A stretch of DNA of 64,000 nt, taken from NCBI GenBank assembly GCA_023920165.1, contig CP089275.1, positions 2,790,001 to 2,854,000 of the forward strand. The letters are read 5' to 3'. Below are positions 22,759-36,482 of the stretch, piece by piece. Source of the DNA: Curvularia clavata. Lineage: Eukaryota. Position 1 is the stretch's first letter; every line of letters begins with the position of its first letter. Below the pieces are notes generated by a model. It worked only from the letters and a program-made list of their open reading frames with translations. It was not told the origin of the DNA and searched no databases. The translations under genes were made by a program, and so were the position numbers.

Positions 22759-24962
22759 CTAATGGCCCGCGCCGCTTGGGACGTCAGATTGCCTAAGAGC
22801 TTCGCGCGGTTCCTTCCCTTCTTGTCCCTCCCTAGCTGCACTTGGCTGGGCGCCCTCGCCATTGGCCGTCTTATCCATGTCTGCTGTCTCCGCGTCCGCG
22901 CCGACGTCGTTGCCCGGACGCAAAAGTCCATCTCTTGGGTCCGATGCTACCGTGCGGAACCCGACCTCTGTGTCTGGGGATTGAATCGTCTCCGCCGCCG
23001 GCCTGTCGTCTTGCCCTTCCGCAATCTCCTCAGACAGAACCCTCTCGGTGCGTACGTGTCCCGCCTGCTCAAGGCTTGGTTTGATACCATACTCGAAACG
23101 GTCGACGACTGCCTTCTCCACATGCACGCGCGGCTCCTCAACCCATTGCTTGTACTCTTTCAGAAGTGCAACCGCTCTATCGTCGCCCTTGTTGACGCAC
23201 AGGCGAATCAGCGACTCCCAAGTCCCCCTTCGCGGCTTCATTGAGTCATTCCCGCCTCCAGATAACATCTCTTCGTAGTACAACAGTGCATCTTCCAAGT
23301 CGCCGGATCGTATACACACCAGTATGAGCCGGTCATATGTGATGCGATCAGGCTTCACCCCAAGCTGGAGCATCTCATTTGCCAGGAACATGGCCAGTTC
23401 CTTGCGTGCAAACTGATGACAGCCTTTGAACAGAAGATTGAACGTATTGGTATTGGGCCCCGCATGCGAAACCGTGTGGAGAGCCTTGTATATCTCAATG
23501 GCTTCTTCGAGGCGGTTTAGACTGAGGCTAGCCTGGATGCATGCATTGACCGCAGCCGTGGGTACTTTGCGACCCGCAGCCTCAAAGTTCTGAAGGAGCG
23601 TAAAGGCTTCCAACGGCCGGCTGACTCCGTTGCCAGTGTCCTTGGCCAAGTAGTGGAAAAGTGGCTGGCACGTTCCAGCGTCAACTTTGATATTAGCATC
23701 GACCATGATGAGAATGACAGACAGAGCAGCTTCGAGGTCATTGGCCTTGAGGTGAGTGGCCATGATAAGTTCGTAATGGTGGGTTGTAAATGTCGTTTCC
23801 CGCTCTGTAAGCAGTCGAAAGACATCAGTAGCCAGTTCGACATCTCCGTTATCAGAAGCAAGGGCAAGAACGGACATGCAGGTCCCCGTGCCTGGTTTCA
23901 GATAGCCTGGCTGGACTTGGCTCATCCACACTTTGACCGTTTCTTCGTGCTGCGCCGCATTAGTACGTGTCATGAGCTGAATGTGTAATGGAAATATGGC
24001 ACACGTACAAGCCGTCTTTGCGCTGCAGCATCCAGTAATGCGCCCCAGAGCGCGTCGCTCGCCTTGGTGGCACCTCCTCCGCCCGTCTTGTTCAGCATAG
24101 ATTCCTTGAGGCTCAGAACATAAAAAGCCTCTTCCACTTCTTGAAACTCCAGCAATATCCACATGGCCTCGTCGAAGACCCAGCTCTCGACACGAATGCT
24201 GTTCCTCACCATGTCTTCCATCATGTCCAAAGCCTGTTCAAAGTGGCGTTCACGCAGTAGTCCAGCCACAACGTAGTTTTGCCCGCGCCCCGACAGGGTG
24301 AGCCAGCGCGACTTCATATATTCGAGGATCTCGGCGCGAAGGAGGTAATCTGGATGCACTGCCAGCACTTCTAGTACACACTCGCATGCGCGAGCGTCAA
24401 GCTCAATTTTGGGATTTCCATAAAGTGACCCATCCCTGTCTCTCCAGAAGCCCATCTCTTCGAGCACCTTGCGCAACTTGCCCGCCGTGCCATTGTTGGA
24501 ACTGACGAAGCTGTGCAGTACGGCCGTGTACATTTCCCTATTGGGCTGCTCTCCTCTGTCCTTGATCAAAACTCTGCAGATATTCATGACCTCGTCCCAA
24601 TGGCCCTTGGCACCCTCGGCGCGGGCATGCTCGTAGAGAACGCTGGTTGGAAGCTGTGCAAGTGGAGGCTTTGGTCGCGGACCTAGGTTGGATGGAGGAT
24701 GGGGCTTCTCCCCGAAGCTTCGAAGGCCGAGTGGTACAGCGCCAGGCTGCGAGAAGAAGGAATCGTTGGCGGCACGGCATGGACTCGACAAAGTATAGGC
24801 ACGCAACTGGTTGTGGGGAGTAGGGTTTCCATATTTCTGTAATGCATTGCGCTGTGGTCGTCTAGCTGCTCTTGCTACAATGGAACCGGTCGCAGAATTG
24901 GCTGAAAATCCCGGGCATAGACAGTGCCATAGTGCGTCGTTCACGAAAGGTCGTGGTGGCAT
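22759..24962 (-). CDS. Mitochondrial pentatricopeptide repeat (PPR) protein; one intron at about 23951-24007
   Basis: Repeated PPR-like units (PNTNTFNLLFKGC, PDRITYDRLILVC, PRRGTWESLIRLC, PNREMYTAVLHS) and an Arg/Ser-rich N-terminus resembling a presequence. Confidence 0.85.
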
Positions 24963-25334
24963 TGGCGTTGATGTGATGCGGCCAACCTGAACAAAGTCCG
25001 AAAGTTGAAGTGCAGATGGGCCCGTGCGCAAAAAGCCTCGGTTCCGGCATGCCATCATATCCCTGTCACCATCCGACTACAAGCAGGAAAATATGACAGC
25101 GAATGTAAAGGATATTACTTATATGCTATACGATGAAGCACACCATTAAGAAACCCATGATCAGGTGCGCGCCAGACTACAGAAAGGGTATATGCGTCCG
25201 ATTACCAATACCGCCATTTGCCATGCCTGCCGAATGCCAGCTGCGTCTACTCCGCAGTACCCCAATTTCTCCCCTAAACCCCCCTATTGGACTAAGAAAT
25301 ACTCTAAAGAACCCAAATACGTCCTCCCGGTTTC

Positions 25335-26846
25335 TCATCTCCGTACCATCTGCTGGGAGAGAAGTTCGAGCACCTACAAAAGGTCAGTAAGCGTGCAAGG
25401 GATTGGGGGTCGCTAACAAGGGGAACATACCTTTGGTGATATGATTTCCTGGTTGACCAAGTGCTTGCTCAATTTCTTCACAACTTCCATCTGCTCTTCG
25501 TAAGTAAGCCCGGTGATGGCAGCCTCAATCACACCACCAACTGTGGTATGATGGACAGCAATGAAACTTGAGTAGTAGAAGAAGGCGATGGATCCCATGA
25601 TGAACTGGCAGTCCATGCGGTCTGTCATGCCGCCGTGTCCGGGAATGGAGTCGCCAAAGTCTTTGATCTTGAATGTGCGCTTCAGCCCAGAGGCGAAGAA
25701 GCCACCAAAGGGAGCGATGAGCGAGGCAAAGGTTGCCAGCATGATGACATGGAACTGGACGGGCATAATGTTGAATGTGTTTGGGATGGGAAGACCCTCG
25801 GGAAGAAACGGAATGGTGTAGTTACGGGCAATGAAGACAGGGTTTGGCTTGCACTCGAGGCCGGACCAGATGTTTGCGCCCAAGTCGTTGACGGGACAGA
25901 TGAAGTACTTGTACTGGGCCACAAAGTGAGTGACGCCAATACCCCAGAGAATGGTGAAGAACCAGGCGCCCAAGAAGCCCTCCCAGGTCTTCTTGGGAGA
26001 GATTTGAATCAGGGGTGTCCTGCCAAATGTGATACCGCAAAGATAGGCAAAGATGTCGTTGGTAATGACCATGGAAACTGGGAGGAGGAACCAAATGAAA
26101 CCCTCAAAGATGTTGTTGATAACAAAATGTGCCTGTCCGACGATGAGGAAGAGGGCCATGTGGGTCCATGCAAATTGGGTGAACTGAAACTTGTAGTGAC
26201 CCTTTTGGAGGGAGAAGACGAAGAAGATGAAGCCTAAGAGAGTTAGCCTGGCGCAGCAGAATCATCGTAGGCAGCATACCAATAATGTAGAGCATGAACG
26301 AGATGAAACGGTGGTGAGTCGCCAAAGGGAGCAGGAGACGGTCGACCATGAGAATGTGCTTGAAGTAGTAGATGACGCTCTCGCCGTACAAGAAGTACAT
26401 GGCGGTCCCGAGGAAGTACCAGTTCAGCGACTTTGTGAAACGCAGGCTGCGGGCCTTGCTGGGTACGTTTGCAATTGCAATTACCTCCTTGAAGGATATG
26501 CACTGTACGGCGGTGACCATGATGATTATGAAGAGGTGGCCTGCGCCGAGAGCCCAGAAGAAGGCGGCAATCATGACGAGGGTCCATATGGTGCGGGTAA
26601 TGAAGTTTGCCTTCTTCTTCTCATACTCGGATTGGGGCGGTTGTTCGGAGGCCTAACCTAGTCAGCTTGCAGACGACATGGCGGGGACACAGCGAGCGAG
26701 CGTACCGGGGGTGCAGGCTCCTCCTTGATGGTCGGACTTCCTGGGTCGCTGAACTCGGACATGCTCTGCGAGGGCCTACGGGTGCGTCCATTGCTGGCAC
26801 TGCGCACCTGGTGCTGGAACTTGACGTCCTTTCTGGGACGCGCCAT
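25335..26846 (-). CDS. CDS1: Phosphatidate cytidylyltransferase (CDP-diacylglycerol synthase); three introns
   Basis: ISPKKTWEGF and SGLKRTFKIKDFGDSIPGHGGMTDRMDCQ signature motifs. Confidence 0.95.
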
Positions 26847-27183
26847 GACGAGCGCGGGCAGACGGGGGCTGAGCGAGAGGTCGCGGCGTGGGGCGTGAGC
26901 GGGTGGAGTTTGGTACTGGTTGTGAGTCGTAGTAATAGCAGCCGTAGTAGTGGTGATGCGACGGCGGGGTGGTGGCCAGGGCGCGGTGGTGAGCCAGCCG
27001 TGAGGGAGTGTGTTGAACTAGGCAGGCTGTGAAATTGCGGACAAGTCGAAGCGGACAGACGTCATGCTTCCTCCGCTTAGCGACCGTCATGTCTCTCTGC
27101 CCAACCAACACCAAACAAACGCGTCGCACTGCGCCACCACTGGGACATGCCCATCCACGCCCGTCCCGATACATGGAGCCACC

Positions 27184-29592
27184 ATGGTCGACCAGGACGA
27201 CGATGACTTTGATTTCGACGACGACGACCTAGACGACCTGCCCGCAAATGCCCTCGAACACCTCGAGGCAAATGCTTATCGCGCTACACAGCAGCCACAG
27301 CCACAGCCACAGCCGCCTCCAGGATCCGACTATGGCCTTGACGACGGCGAAGAGGTCGTCAACCTGAACGATGCTGCTGCCCTGCCGCGTGCCTCGCCCT
27401 GGGTGGTGACAGTCCCGGTGTCGCACCACGCACAACCCCAGAGAGACTATGCCCATGAATATAACTACGACTACGACTACCAACAAAATGGCGGAGAGGA
27501 CGATTACAACAATAATGACAACAACAATGACCACACCACCACCACTGCCGCCGCTGGCGACTATGGCCAAGGTGGTGCTGGTGCTAACAGCCAGGCGGTT
27601 CGCTACGACTACGTGAGCATGCAGGAGCCGCCACGGCCCTCGCAGGCAGACCCCCACCAGCTTCTACAGCGCATCAAAAAGGTGCGATGCCCACGTTGTG
27701 CAAACCGCGCGTCCTCACCTTGCTGATCATCGCAGTTGGAGCAAGAAAAGGCGCGCCAAAGGCAAGAGGCCGAAGCGCTCAAAGAAAAACTGCAGACCAA
27801 GGCGGGCGAGGCTGACATTCTTCGACGACGCCACGATGCCGAAAATCGACGGTATGAGCGCCAGCTGGCAGACCAGCAGCAGCAGCATGGATCTGAGCTG
27901 GCCAAGCTGCGCGCCGAAATGGACAAACTACGCCGCGAGGCTGAGTCAGCCCAGACGGACAGCATGTTCAACCAGCACGAGGCGCGAGAGTCCGGCATCC
28001 CGCGAAGAACAGCAAGAATCGTGCCCTCAAGACCAAAGCCAGCTCCTCCACCAGTCAGTCCGGCAGGCACACCCAAGAGAGAGCAAAGGACCAGAGGACC
28101 GTTGGGCGATGGTTTCGACGATGACGATATGGTAATGGCATCACCGTCTAAACACCGCGATAAATCAAAGACTGCTACGCCCAGACAGGCTGGCAAGCGG
28201 AAACGACAGGCTATCGACCAAAGCCCGGTGCCATTACCAGCACTGCAGTTGAGCGAGCCGCGTAGCAGGCCGAGGGACCGAGAACCAGCGCCAGTGGCTG
28301 GAGTAAAGATAGACGCCGCATTGCTGCAGCACTTTAGGCGTGAAGACCGTCGATTTGCCCTTTTGCACCGCCTGCTTTCTCATCCGTCTTCCAAGGACAC
28401 TGACCGTATACTCGAGGCACTGACCAAGTATGCATTCCCTTCCAACACCACCAAGAAGCTGTCGTCTATTGTGTACGATGCACTAGCAAATATGGCTCCT
28501 AATGATGTCCACGACTTGGCCCTACACATGTGTCATATTTTTCTCGATCTCTGGAGACGTTGTCAGAATGAAAAGTACTATGCTCCCACCTCGCTGATAC
28601 TCGATGCGTTGCATTTTATCCTTGCATGCGAACCAGCCGACACTGCTGTCAAGGTTACTGAGCGTGTTGTTCCACTCATCATTGCCTTTGTCGATCTTGT
28701 TGCTGACCCCATTTCTAAAGCGGCCAAGGGCGGTGACAAAGCAATCGCAAGCCTCTATTCGTCAAAACAGCGCCAGATTGCCGCGTGTATTGACGCTGAG
28801 GATTGCCTTGAGCTGCTATATCTCGTAGCAAGCAGCTGTCTGTCCTCGTCGGATCCTGGGGCCATAGTCCGCCTGTGGCAAGCTATACCCTCCAGTTTCG
28901 CCATTATGCTGCTAGTCAAAGAGCAACCTCTAGCGCAAATAACCCTCATGTTGCGCATACTCGGCACATCCGTCTTTCCCACCTCAGTCGGACCCATCAC
29001 ACTCGGAGATCCCGCTCCAGAGAGCCAGACAAACAACGAAGACGCTCTTATCAACCGCCTCACCAACCTCTTCACCGAGAGGCCCCAACCCGTACCAGAC
29101 CCCGCCGCACCGCCCAACTCGACACATCCAGTCCCCGAGGACGACCTATGGAACCTGCGCCTCCTCGTCCTCTCAGTGCTTACTCAGTTTTCCCTTTCCG
29201 AGCACGGCTCCAGCCGCCTAGCACAGAACCGGCTCTGCATTGGCAGACTAATCAAGTACCTAGACCACTGCATAACCAGTCTATATCGCTGTCCAGTCGC
29301 CCCGACACAGAACTACAAGGTGGATTCTATCAATGCAACTATGAAGCTAATCTACCACGTTGCGACGTCCAACCCCGACTTTGATATGAAGAGTAAGCTG
29401 GTGAATACCCTAGGTGGACAGCATGCCTACCTTGTTGCGTTGACGCGGCTGGCTTTCAGCGAGGGCTTGGTGTTGGAGGCTGGCATTGAGGATGAAGTGG
29501 TCAATATGGCGCATGATATTTTGGATGAGGGCTTGAGCATGGAGGAAGGCGATGCGTTTGGAAAAGTGTTTAGCAGCGCCAGTACGACGTGA
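27184..29592 (+). CDS. uvsD: ATR-interacting checkpoint protein, Rad26/ATRIP/UvsD-like; intron about 27682-27735
   Basis: Acidic N-terminus (DDDFDFDDDDLDDLP), coiled coil containing KAGEADILRRR, then a helical-repeat domain ending LTRLAFSEGLVLEAGI. An ACGCGT (MCB-like) element lies at 27119-27124. Confidence 0.8.
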
Positions 29593-30234
29593 GGTTTGGT
29601 CTTGTGTCCGCCTTCAGCTGGATAGATTTTCTTCATGATGAAATGTATCATGTGTAGTCGGGATTTAGACATGTCTGTATAAACACCGAATGAAGGAACA
29701 CTAGATTTCACACAAACACAGGACAACAATGCAAGCTGTATCACGCAGACGAATCATGTAGAACAAACCCTGCATTTTTACTCTCCGCCACATCCAATAC
29801 ATCCGACTATTCAGCGCTACTTGCAAGTAAACTGTTTTTTTCTTATTTTCTCCAAATGCTAGTTAGTACCTGCATTTCTGTGCCCTGCCAGCGAACCGAT
29901 AAATGCATCCCTTAAAGTACCATGAAAACCGTATCCGCATATCACTGCAGCGAAGAAAGTAAAAGCTGCTCAGAAAAAAAACCCTTGTCATATGCAAAGA
30001 GGGGACGACATATCGTCGCTTAAATATGGCCTTCCCAATGCTCCCCTTGTTTCATTCAGTGTAAACATGCAGTGCATGCATCCAACTGAGTAAAGGGACC
30101 AGACGGCTAAGATGCCAGTGTATGCACGACGAGTATGTGTGATACTTCCAAAACATACAAGCGTGAAGGGAAAAAGTGCTGTATGTATCCATGCCATGCA
30201 CGTGATCGCAATCATGAAAAAAAACGCTGTATGC

Positions 30235-32573
30235 TCAACACTCGCTGTTGAGTTTGTGTTTTGGCCAGGAATAGCCCGTCTGGTCCCATAACTATTTCAA
30301 ATTAGCAACAGAATCTCCCAAAGTCATCCGGGAGCTCGAATTCATACTGTGTAGTTGGCGTTTGTATACGCTTTTGGATGCTTCTTGATGTACTCGGTTG
30401 TCTCGTAGCCCGGAGGATCGCATGTGACCATCTCCTCACCCTTTTTCTGGTACCATCGCACGTAGTCGACGTGAAGGGTGGTTGGAAACACCAGGTTCTT
30501 CCAGTCGATGTAGGTCCAGGAGTTACTGAAACCGAGGTTGAGAATCAGCGACATGGGCTCCTCTGATATCTGACGGGCTTGGATGTTGCCGTTGGGTCCG
30601 ATTGCGCGGCCATTCAAATGAAACATCATTTGGTCGCCTACTTTCCACACAATGTAGGCATCCTTGCCAGTCCCGGGTTTGTACTCAAATGAGAAGCGTT
30701 GGTATTGCTTGTTGTCGAACCAGTTTCTGTTGAGGGTTGTGGTCGCTGAGATGGTCTGCTGGAACGGGCCACCGGTGTAGGTGTTCAGTCCACTCAAACG
30801 TAAATCTGGAAACGCTGTGAAGTTGTAATTTGGGTAGTAGTTGATGTCAAATGGGGCAACTTGATAGCTTTGTGTCGCTATAGGTAACGCGTCTGGTCCA
30901 GGGTAGCCTGAGAAGGCTCCCACTTCGATAATGTCGATTTCTGGCGCACCTCTTCCGGTTCCGGGGGTAGGGTGGTCTTCGCCCGGGCAGGTGCATGATG
31001 GGAGTCGTTGTCCTGGCAAGTGAGACAAACCATCAGGGCTAGACTGGTTGGGTGTGATGCCGACATCGCAAGCTTGGTAGGTGTACGGCCACAGTCCGTC
31101 TGTTGTACTTAAATAGCCTGGGCGGCCAAGATTTCCCATTGTCCACGCTCCAGGCCAGAGTCCTTGCACACCCGCTGGCCCGGGCAGAGACACCGAGACC
31201 TCGTATATGCCACCCTTGAAGCACAACTGGTTCCAGCTGTTCAACATGCCTGACCTGAATTTGAGGCCGTGGTTGAAAAACTCTTCCAAGCGTATCCGAA
31301 GCGACCCATTATGTGTAGTCACAGCATCCGGGTCATACCATTCCAGATCCTGCGTGGCTCCGTACCAAATGTCGGGAGCGAAGAAGTAAGGATCGTCGCC
31401 CTCGTAAAATGACCGACCATCGTCATTGAATTCATCACTAAATACCAGTACGAACTCATCACCAAACTGGCCCTTTCTCGTCTTCACAGACTTGGGGGTA
31501 TCGGGGTCGATCAGGCCTCTTCTCATATTCTGTAGCAGTTGATATCTCTTATGATTTACTGTGGCCCAGGTCTGGGGCGCCCAGTTCGGAAACATGTTGA
31601 TTGGCACACCATATGCTGAATTGTAATTGATGAGGCCAACGGAGGAGAGTACGGGGAGCCCGACAAATATAAACACCAGGCCAGATATCATGAGAACCAG
31701 CCCAATAGTAGAAGCAATGCTCTCCTTTGTAAGATGGTCGCGTATCTTTGGTCTGAACCGGACATCGTCGTCTTCGCGAGGCATGTGCATTTCGTCATCC
31801 GCCTCGGCTTGGTCGCATACCAGTGGCCACGTTGCCATGTCCTTGTCGTCGTAGGGTGCAATCAAGCGGTCATCGAATAAAGAAGCATTCTTCTCCGCAT
31901 CGTAAAGGTTGCGTGGCCCTTGCTGGACAACTGTCTCAGAGGATCCTGGTGTGAGAAAGGGATTCAAGGATGACCCTCTTGGTGGAGGAGTAGTCGTGGG
32001 TGGAGTGACAGTGAGCTTGAACTGAGCGAGCCTCTCTGAAGAGTCTCTACGGCTGGAGCTAGGAGTACTGACGCAGTCTGAGAAGGGCTTGAAGTAACGG
32101 GTGTAGTCTATGCCCAATTCATTTACAGTGATTGGAGTGCCAGGACAACGCGGCGCCGGGTCATCTAGATCTGTCGTGCTTCGACTCTGCGCTCGCAAGT
32201 AAGGGCGAGGCGGGGGCCGTGGGTGAGGTCGTCCCCTGTTTGTTTGTGTGCGACCATTGTCGGCTTGCGTCTCGTTGCCTGACTGAGCGTGGGTTCCCAG
32301 CGAGGATCCATGTTCTGCTGATGTTGTCCTTGCAGGGTTGAGCGGCGACGAGATGAAGGGTGCAAAGGGTAACGGCGATGAGGATTTTCCTACCGAAACC
32401 GAGTCGCCGTGACTAGGTGTTGCTTTCTCACTTGTGCCGTTACTGGGTGACGCTACCTCACTGCCCGCGCCAATGGTCGAAGGTGACTGTGTGAGCTGCT
32501 CCGTATTCTGAGCTGACTGACCATCGCTTGATTCCGACAAGACAGAGGAGGCATCCTCTGGCGTGAATACCAT
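30235..32573 (-). CDS. KRE6: KRE6/SKN1 beta-1,6-glucan synthesis-associated protein (GH16); last intron about 30292-30347
   Basis: Type II membrane topology, LIDPDTP, LVFSDEF, DLEWYDPDA, GMLNSWNQLCF and catalytic GRGAPEIDIIE. Confidence 0.92.
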
Positions 32574-33255
32574 GGCGAGTCGATAATGCTGGCGCTGTGG
32601 TCTACCCCACAGCTCACCCTACGTGGTACAGCCTGTGCGAGTTGCAGCAATGGCTCTCAGTGTTGATATCGACTGACGAGTCGGAGCTATCCTGTACGAG
32701 TAAGGGAGAAAGAGTGGCCGTCGTAAATCAATGTGGAAAAAGTGCTGTGTGTGTTGTGCAAAAGTAAATGGTGACTGAGTGGCTTTGGTGCCGTGTTACC
32801 TACTGGAAAGAGGTTGCTTATGAGAGCTGCGAGCAGCTCATGGGGGAGATATGGAGCGTACGTGGTAACCGACGCCAGATAGTGAGGGGATACAGATCCA
32901 AAAAAAGAAGCTGTGAGGAGGTCGCGCGCGTAAGTAGCGACGTGGGCCTGGCAAGCGCGTCGAGCGTTTGAGTGGGCGGGGCTGGTCGCCACAGTGAAGG
33001 TGAGAGACAAGGCGACGACTGGCTCGCGCTTGTGCTTTCCCTAGCTGTCACTGCACACATGCTAATAGCAGAATTTCGACGGCCTTGACAGGAAGCTGAT
33101 GACAACCGTGGCTATCGGGCGTAAGCCCTATATCGCAATACATTTTCCACTGCCGCCGCTACATATACAAAGCCGATTGGGGATGTCCGTTACACGACGA
33201 ATAATGCGAGCGGTTACCGCTAGTCTATGTGCATTTCTGCAAGCCTCTTACATGG

Positions 33256-34091
33256 TTACAAAACGTTCAGCGGCGCGATCTCTATTGTAAAAAGTATGGG
33301 AGCGTCAGTCTCTATCCTGACACTATCTGCTTTGACATGGTTGCTTGTGCTCACTTGCCCGCCCATGTGCGTAGGCCAGCTTTTGACGTCCCATTCCAGT
33401 CCCTGAGTCGAGATGGTGGCTGGGCCGTATACAGGAACGAGCCCTACATTCTCCGTAAAGACTCCACTCTTCTGCAATCCCTTTAGGACCGTTTCTTTGA
33501 CTCGTAGAATCAGCGATAAACTGCATTCAGAAAAGAGCCACAAGCGGAGATTGGGGTGCTTTGTCTCCTCTCTAATCATCTCGTGCAAGAGTCCCAGCCC
33601 TTGATCGACGCGTCCGCCCAGTGTACCAAGCACCAGGACATCTCGCACAGCCGAAGAGGAGACACGCGACGAGATTTTCTGCATGCATTTCCCAAAATCT
33701 GTGCTCTCTTGATCGCCATCTCGTGACACTGCAACCCCTTGGCCATGATAATAATCACGAACATCATTGCGCAACGAGTCCAAGTCTCCGTGGACTATGT
33801 CGGGGAGCTGCCCAAGTCAGCAAATGGACAGTGGCTCGAGTCTTCGCATCTACTTACGTACCGCTCGCGCTGGCCTGCCAATTCTCCCTCGAACATGTCA
33901 AAGAGCCTATTTGCACCACCGTCCGCGCACACGCGGTAGCCAGTATGCCTCCAGAGATGCGAGAAGGCACTGAAATGCGCTATTGGCTGGTTTAGAATGA
34001 GCAGGTCTGGTGGGGTAGACGACGCTTCAGGATGTTCCTCTTCCGCGAAAAATCTTCCAGGGACAAGTTCTCTGCTTTCGATTTGGCTCAT
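33256..34091 (-). CDS. THI80: Thiamine pyrophosphokinase; one intron about 33809-33858
   Basis: LILNQP, CADGGANRL, GDLDS, DQESTDFGKC, GGRVDQ and STSNH motifs. Confidence 0.93.
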
Positions 34092-36482
34092 GCTAGGCAA
34101 TGTTTCCAAGGTAACGCTGCTTTCAAACGGCCTGGGATAGATCGTTGTACTGGCCTAGGAATCGGTGCGTTGCAGATACGATGCGAGTACCCGATTGGCT
34201 AGGCTGAAAGCAGATTAGCGTATCGTCATACCTTGTCTCCTCGTGGGTTCAACTGACAGACAACTCATAGATACTACGCTCTTGACAGGCACTTATACTG
34301 GAGCATTACTTAGCTCAGAGCGACGTCTTAAGGACTTCAGCCGCTTTCTGGTCGCTGTTCACAAGGTCGGTCAATATCCCCGATATACAATGCCGAGCGC
34401 CACAATACAGCCCAATGAGACGAAACCGCCCTATTCAAACTTTGGATTGGTCGACAAAAACCCTACTTTTCTATCGATACAAAGCCTCAAATGTCGTGCA
34501 TATGCTCTAATATAAGTTCAAAGAAAAGGGTCCGGGGATCGAGAAGAGCTAAACGTTGCGAACGTGCCATCCGGTCACAGACATATATCTTTGATCTGCG
34601 GAGCCTGTCTAAGTGCTCCTAGAGGAATACTACTAGTGAGAAACCCAGTCCTAATTATGGTCACAAAAATGGGGCATTAGTCCCAATTCAGCCTTTTCTC
34701 TTACCCAGAATGGTATTTTAGTGAAGCTCATGGTTCCGTCAGGACGTTTTTGGCACAAGCTTTGCTTATACATTACCGCCCCACGTTAGTCAACGTCGAA
34801 CCTGAGCTTGATATCGTATTAGCCCAGCGCTCGGGGCATATGTTGCCCATGAGTCTCTACGATCTTGCCTCTTCGATCTACACTTTACTATCACGTTCTA
34901 CACATAGACTGGTCAGCGTTGGTGGTTCCGGAATAATCTATCTTTACGAGCAGCGACTCCGCTCAGACCATAGTCGTGATTGAGACAGCAGTCACGATTC
35001 CCTATCAAAGACACTAGTGTATATTTGGCGATCATATGCTCCAAAAACAAATGCTTGGTTTTTGTAGGATTCTGCAGGTCGACTCCAGGCTGGCGGTCCA
35101 ATCCGGGGCTCGCTACTCACGGCACGCTGCAACATGACTCGTGCAATTCCATCCTTGTGGAACCCAATTCTTTACGAGCTGTGGATGAGTTCTATCGAGC
35201 CGATGGGTCTTGGCTCACGGTTTTGTCTACATCAGGGTCGAACTTCGGATGTTCGCATGTCCAGGCAACCGTGTTCCCGCTCACGGGAGCCCGTCACGAC
35301 TCCACACCCGACCAACACCGACCAGGTACAACGCCGACCGATCCACGAGTATTCCCACCTCCTTCGCGTCAATCCGTCCACATCATTTGATGAGCCCGCC
35401 ATGACCGTGATTCAGGGCAACTGCAACCAATGACATCAAGCATGTCAGCTCGCGATAATCCCGGCTCCCAATGCAGCTGCTGAGCATGGGTCTCCCAAGT
35501 CGAACCTCACCACCAGGCGCCACCACGGCTGGTCCGTCTCTCTAGCTCCCCTCTCTTCCACCCCACATGAACTCGACATTACTACACCTGGTTAGAGTCC
35601 ACAAAGCCTCCACACAGAGGAATTGGCCCCCATTGCCCAGGTCTATTCGCGATACTGTTGGCCTCACAGCGGCCGCCGCTAATATGACCCTGTTGCTGAC
35701 GACGGATTCCGCCATGCTCAACTACATCGCGACTTGTTGCGCTTGTACGACCTTTGTCTGTCTTCACTTTGTTTGATTCGCGCTTCCGGTCCGCATCTGG
35801 TAGACGTCTTGGAGGTAGCACCGATGTATGCAGCCTTACCGCACGCGCCGTAAGCCATGCTGCTGAACATGCATACATCTGTTAATCGGAATTCCAGAGG
35901 ATCTCGCCACATTGCGGTTCGTATACTCACTGTCATCATGAATATGCCAAGATCCAGCAACGCAATCCCCGTCAGCATGCACGAAAACCCATGTCACCAC
36001 CCACTTGCCGAAACATAGCCTACCATATCCGCTTGCTTGAGGTACGTCCGGTGTGGCGTACCACCTTACCATACCCAGGGGTCATGTCTAATGCGGGCAC
36101 GTCTAGATGCTTGTGTTCGGCCTTGACCCTACTAGTGTAGAGGACGCCTCATCGGCTTTGAGACGGACCTCCTACACTGTCTCATTCCTTGCAAAAAGTA
36201 GGCACACTGGTGCTATGATTAGCACCGGCTCAGACCGTGCCGAAGCCTAACTAGTCAGCTACTCAATGTAGTCCTACAAGATAGTCACATTCGGTTTGGT
36301 TCTGCTCCATTAGTATATCACACCCGAGCTCCCAGCCATTGACGAGGCGAATGTCGTCTACTAATCTAGCCTGGGGCCCATACCTATCTCCAAAGTATCT
36401 TGCATACAAGACTTGCTCTATTTTGGGCACACATCAATTTACCATCGTATCCTCGTTTTGACGAGGACACCAACCTGAAACC

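Noticed and set aside
34092..34700. TPP riboswitch upstream of thiamine pyrophosphokinase
   Set aside because: No CTGAGA..ATACC..GAAC..GAT..TAAT..GCG core found. The GTATGA..CTAAT..CAG segment at 34204-34231 is only 28 nt, too short for a normal intron.
35480..35530. tRNA suggested by GTTCGA on the minus strand
   Set aside because: No T-stem pairing, acceptor stem or D-loop could be built.
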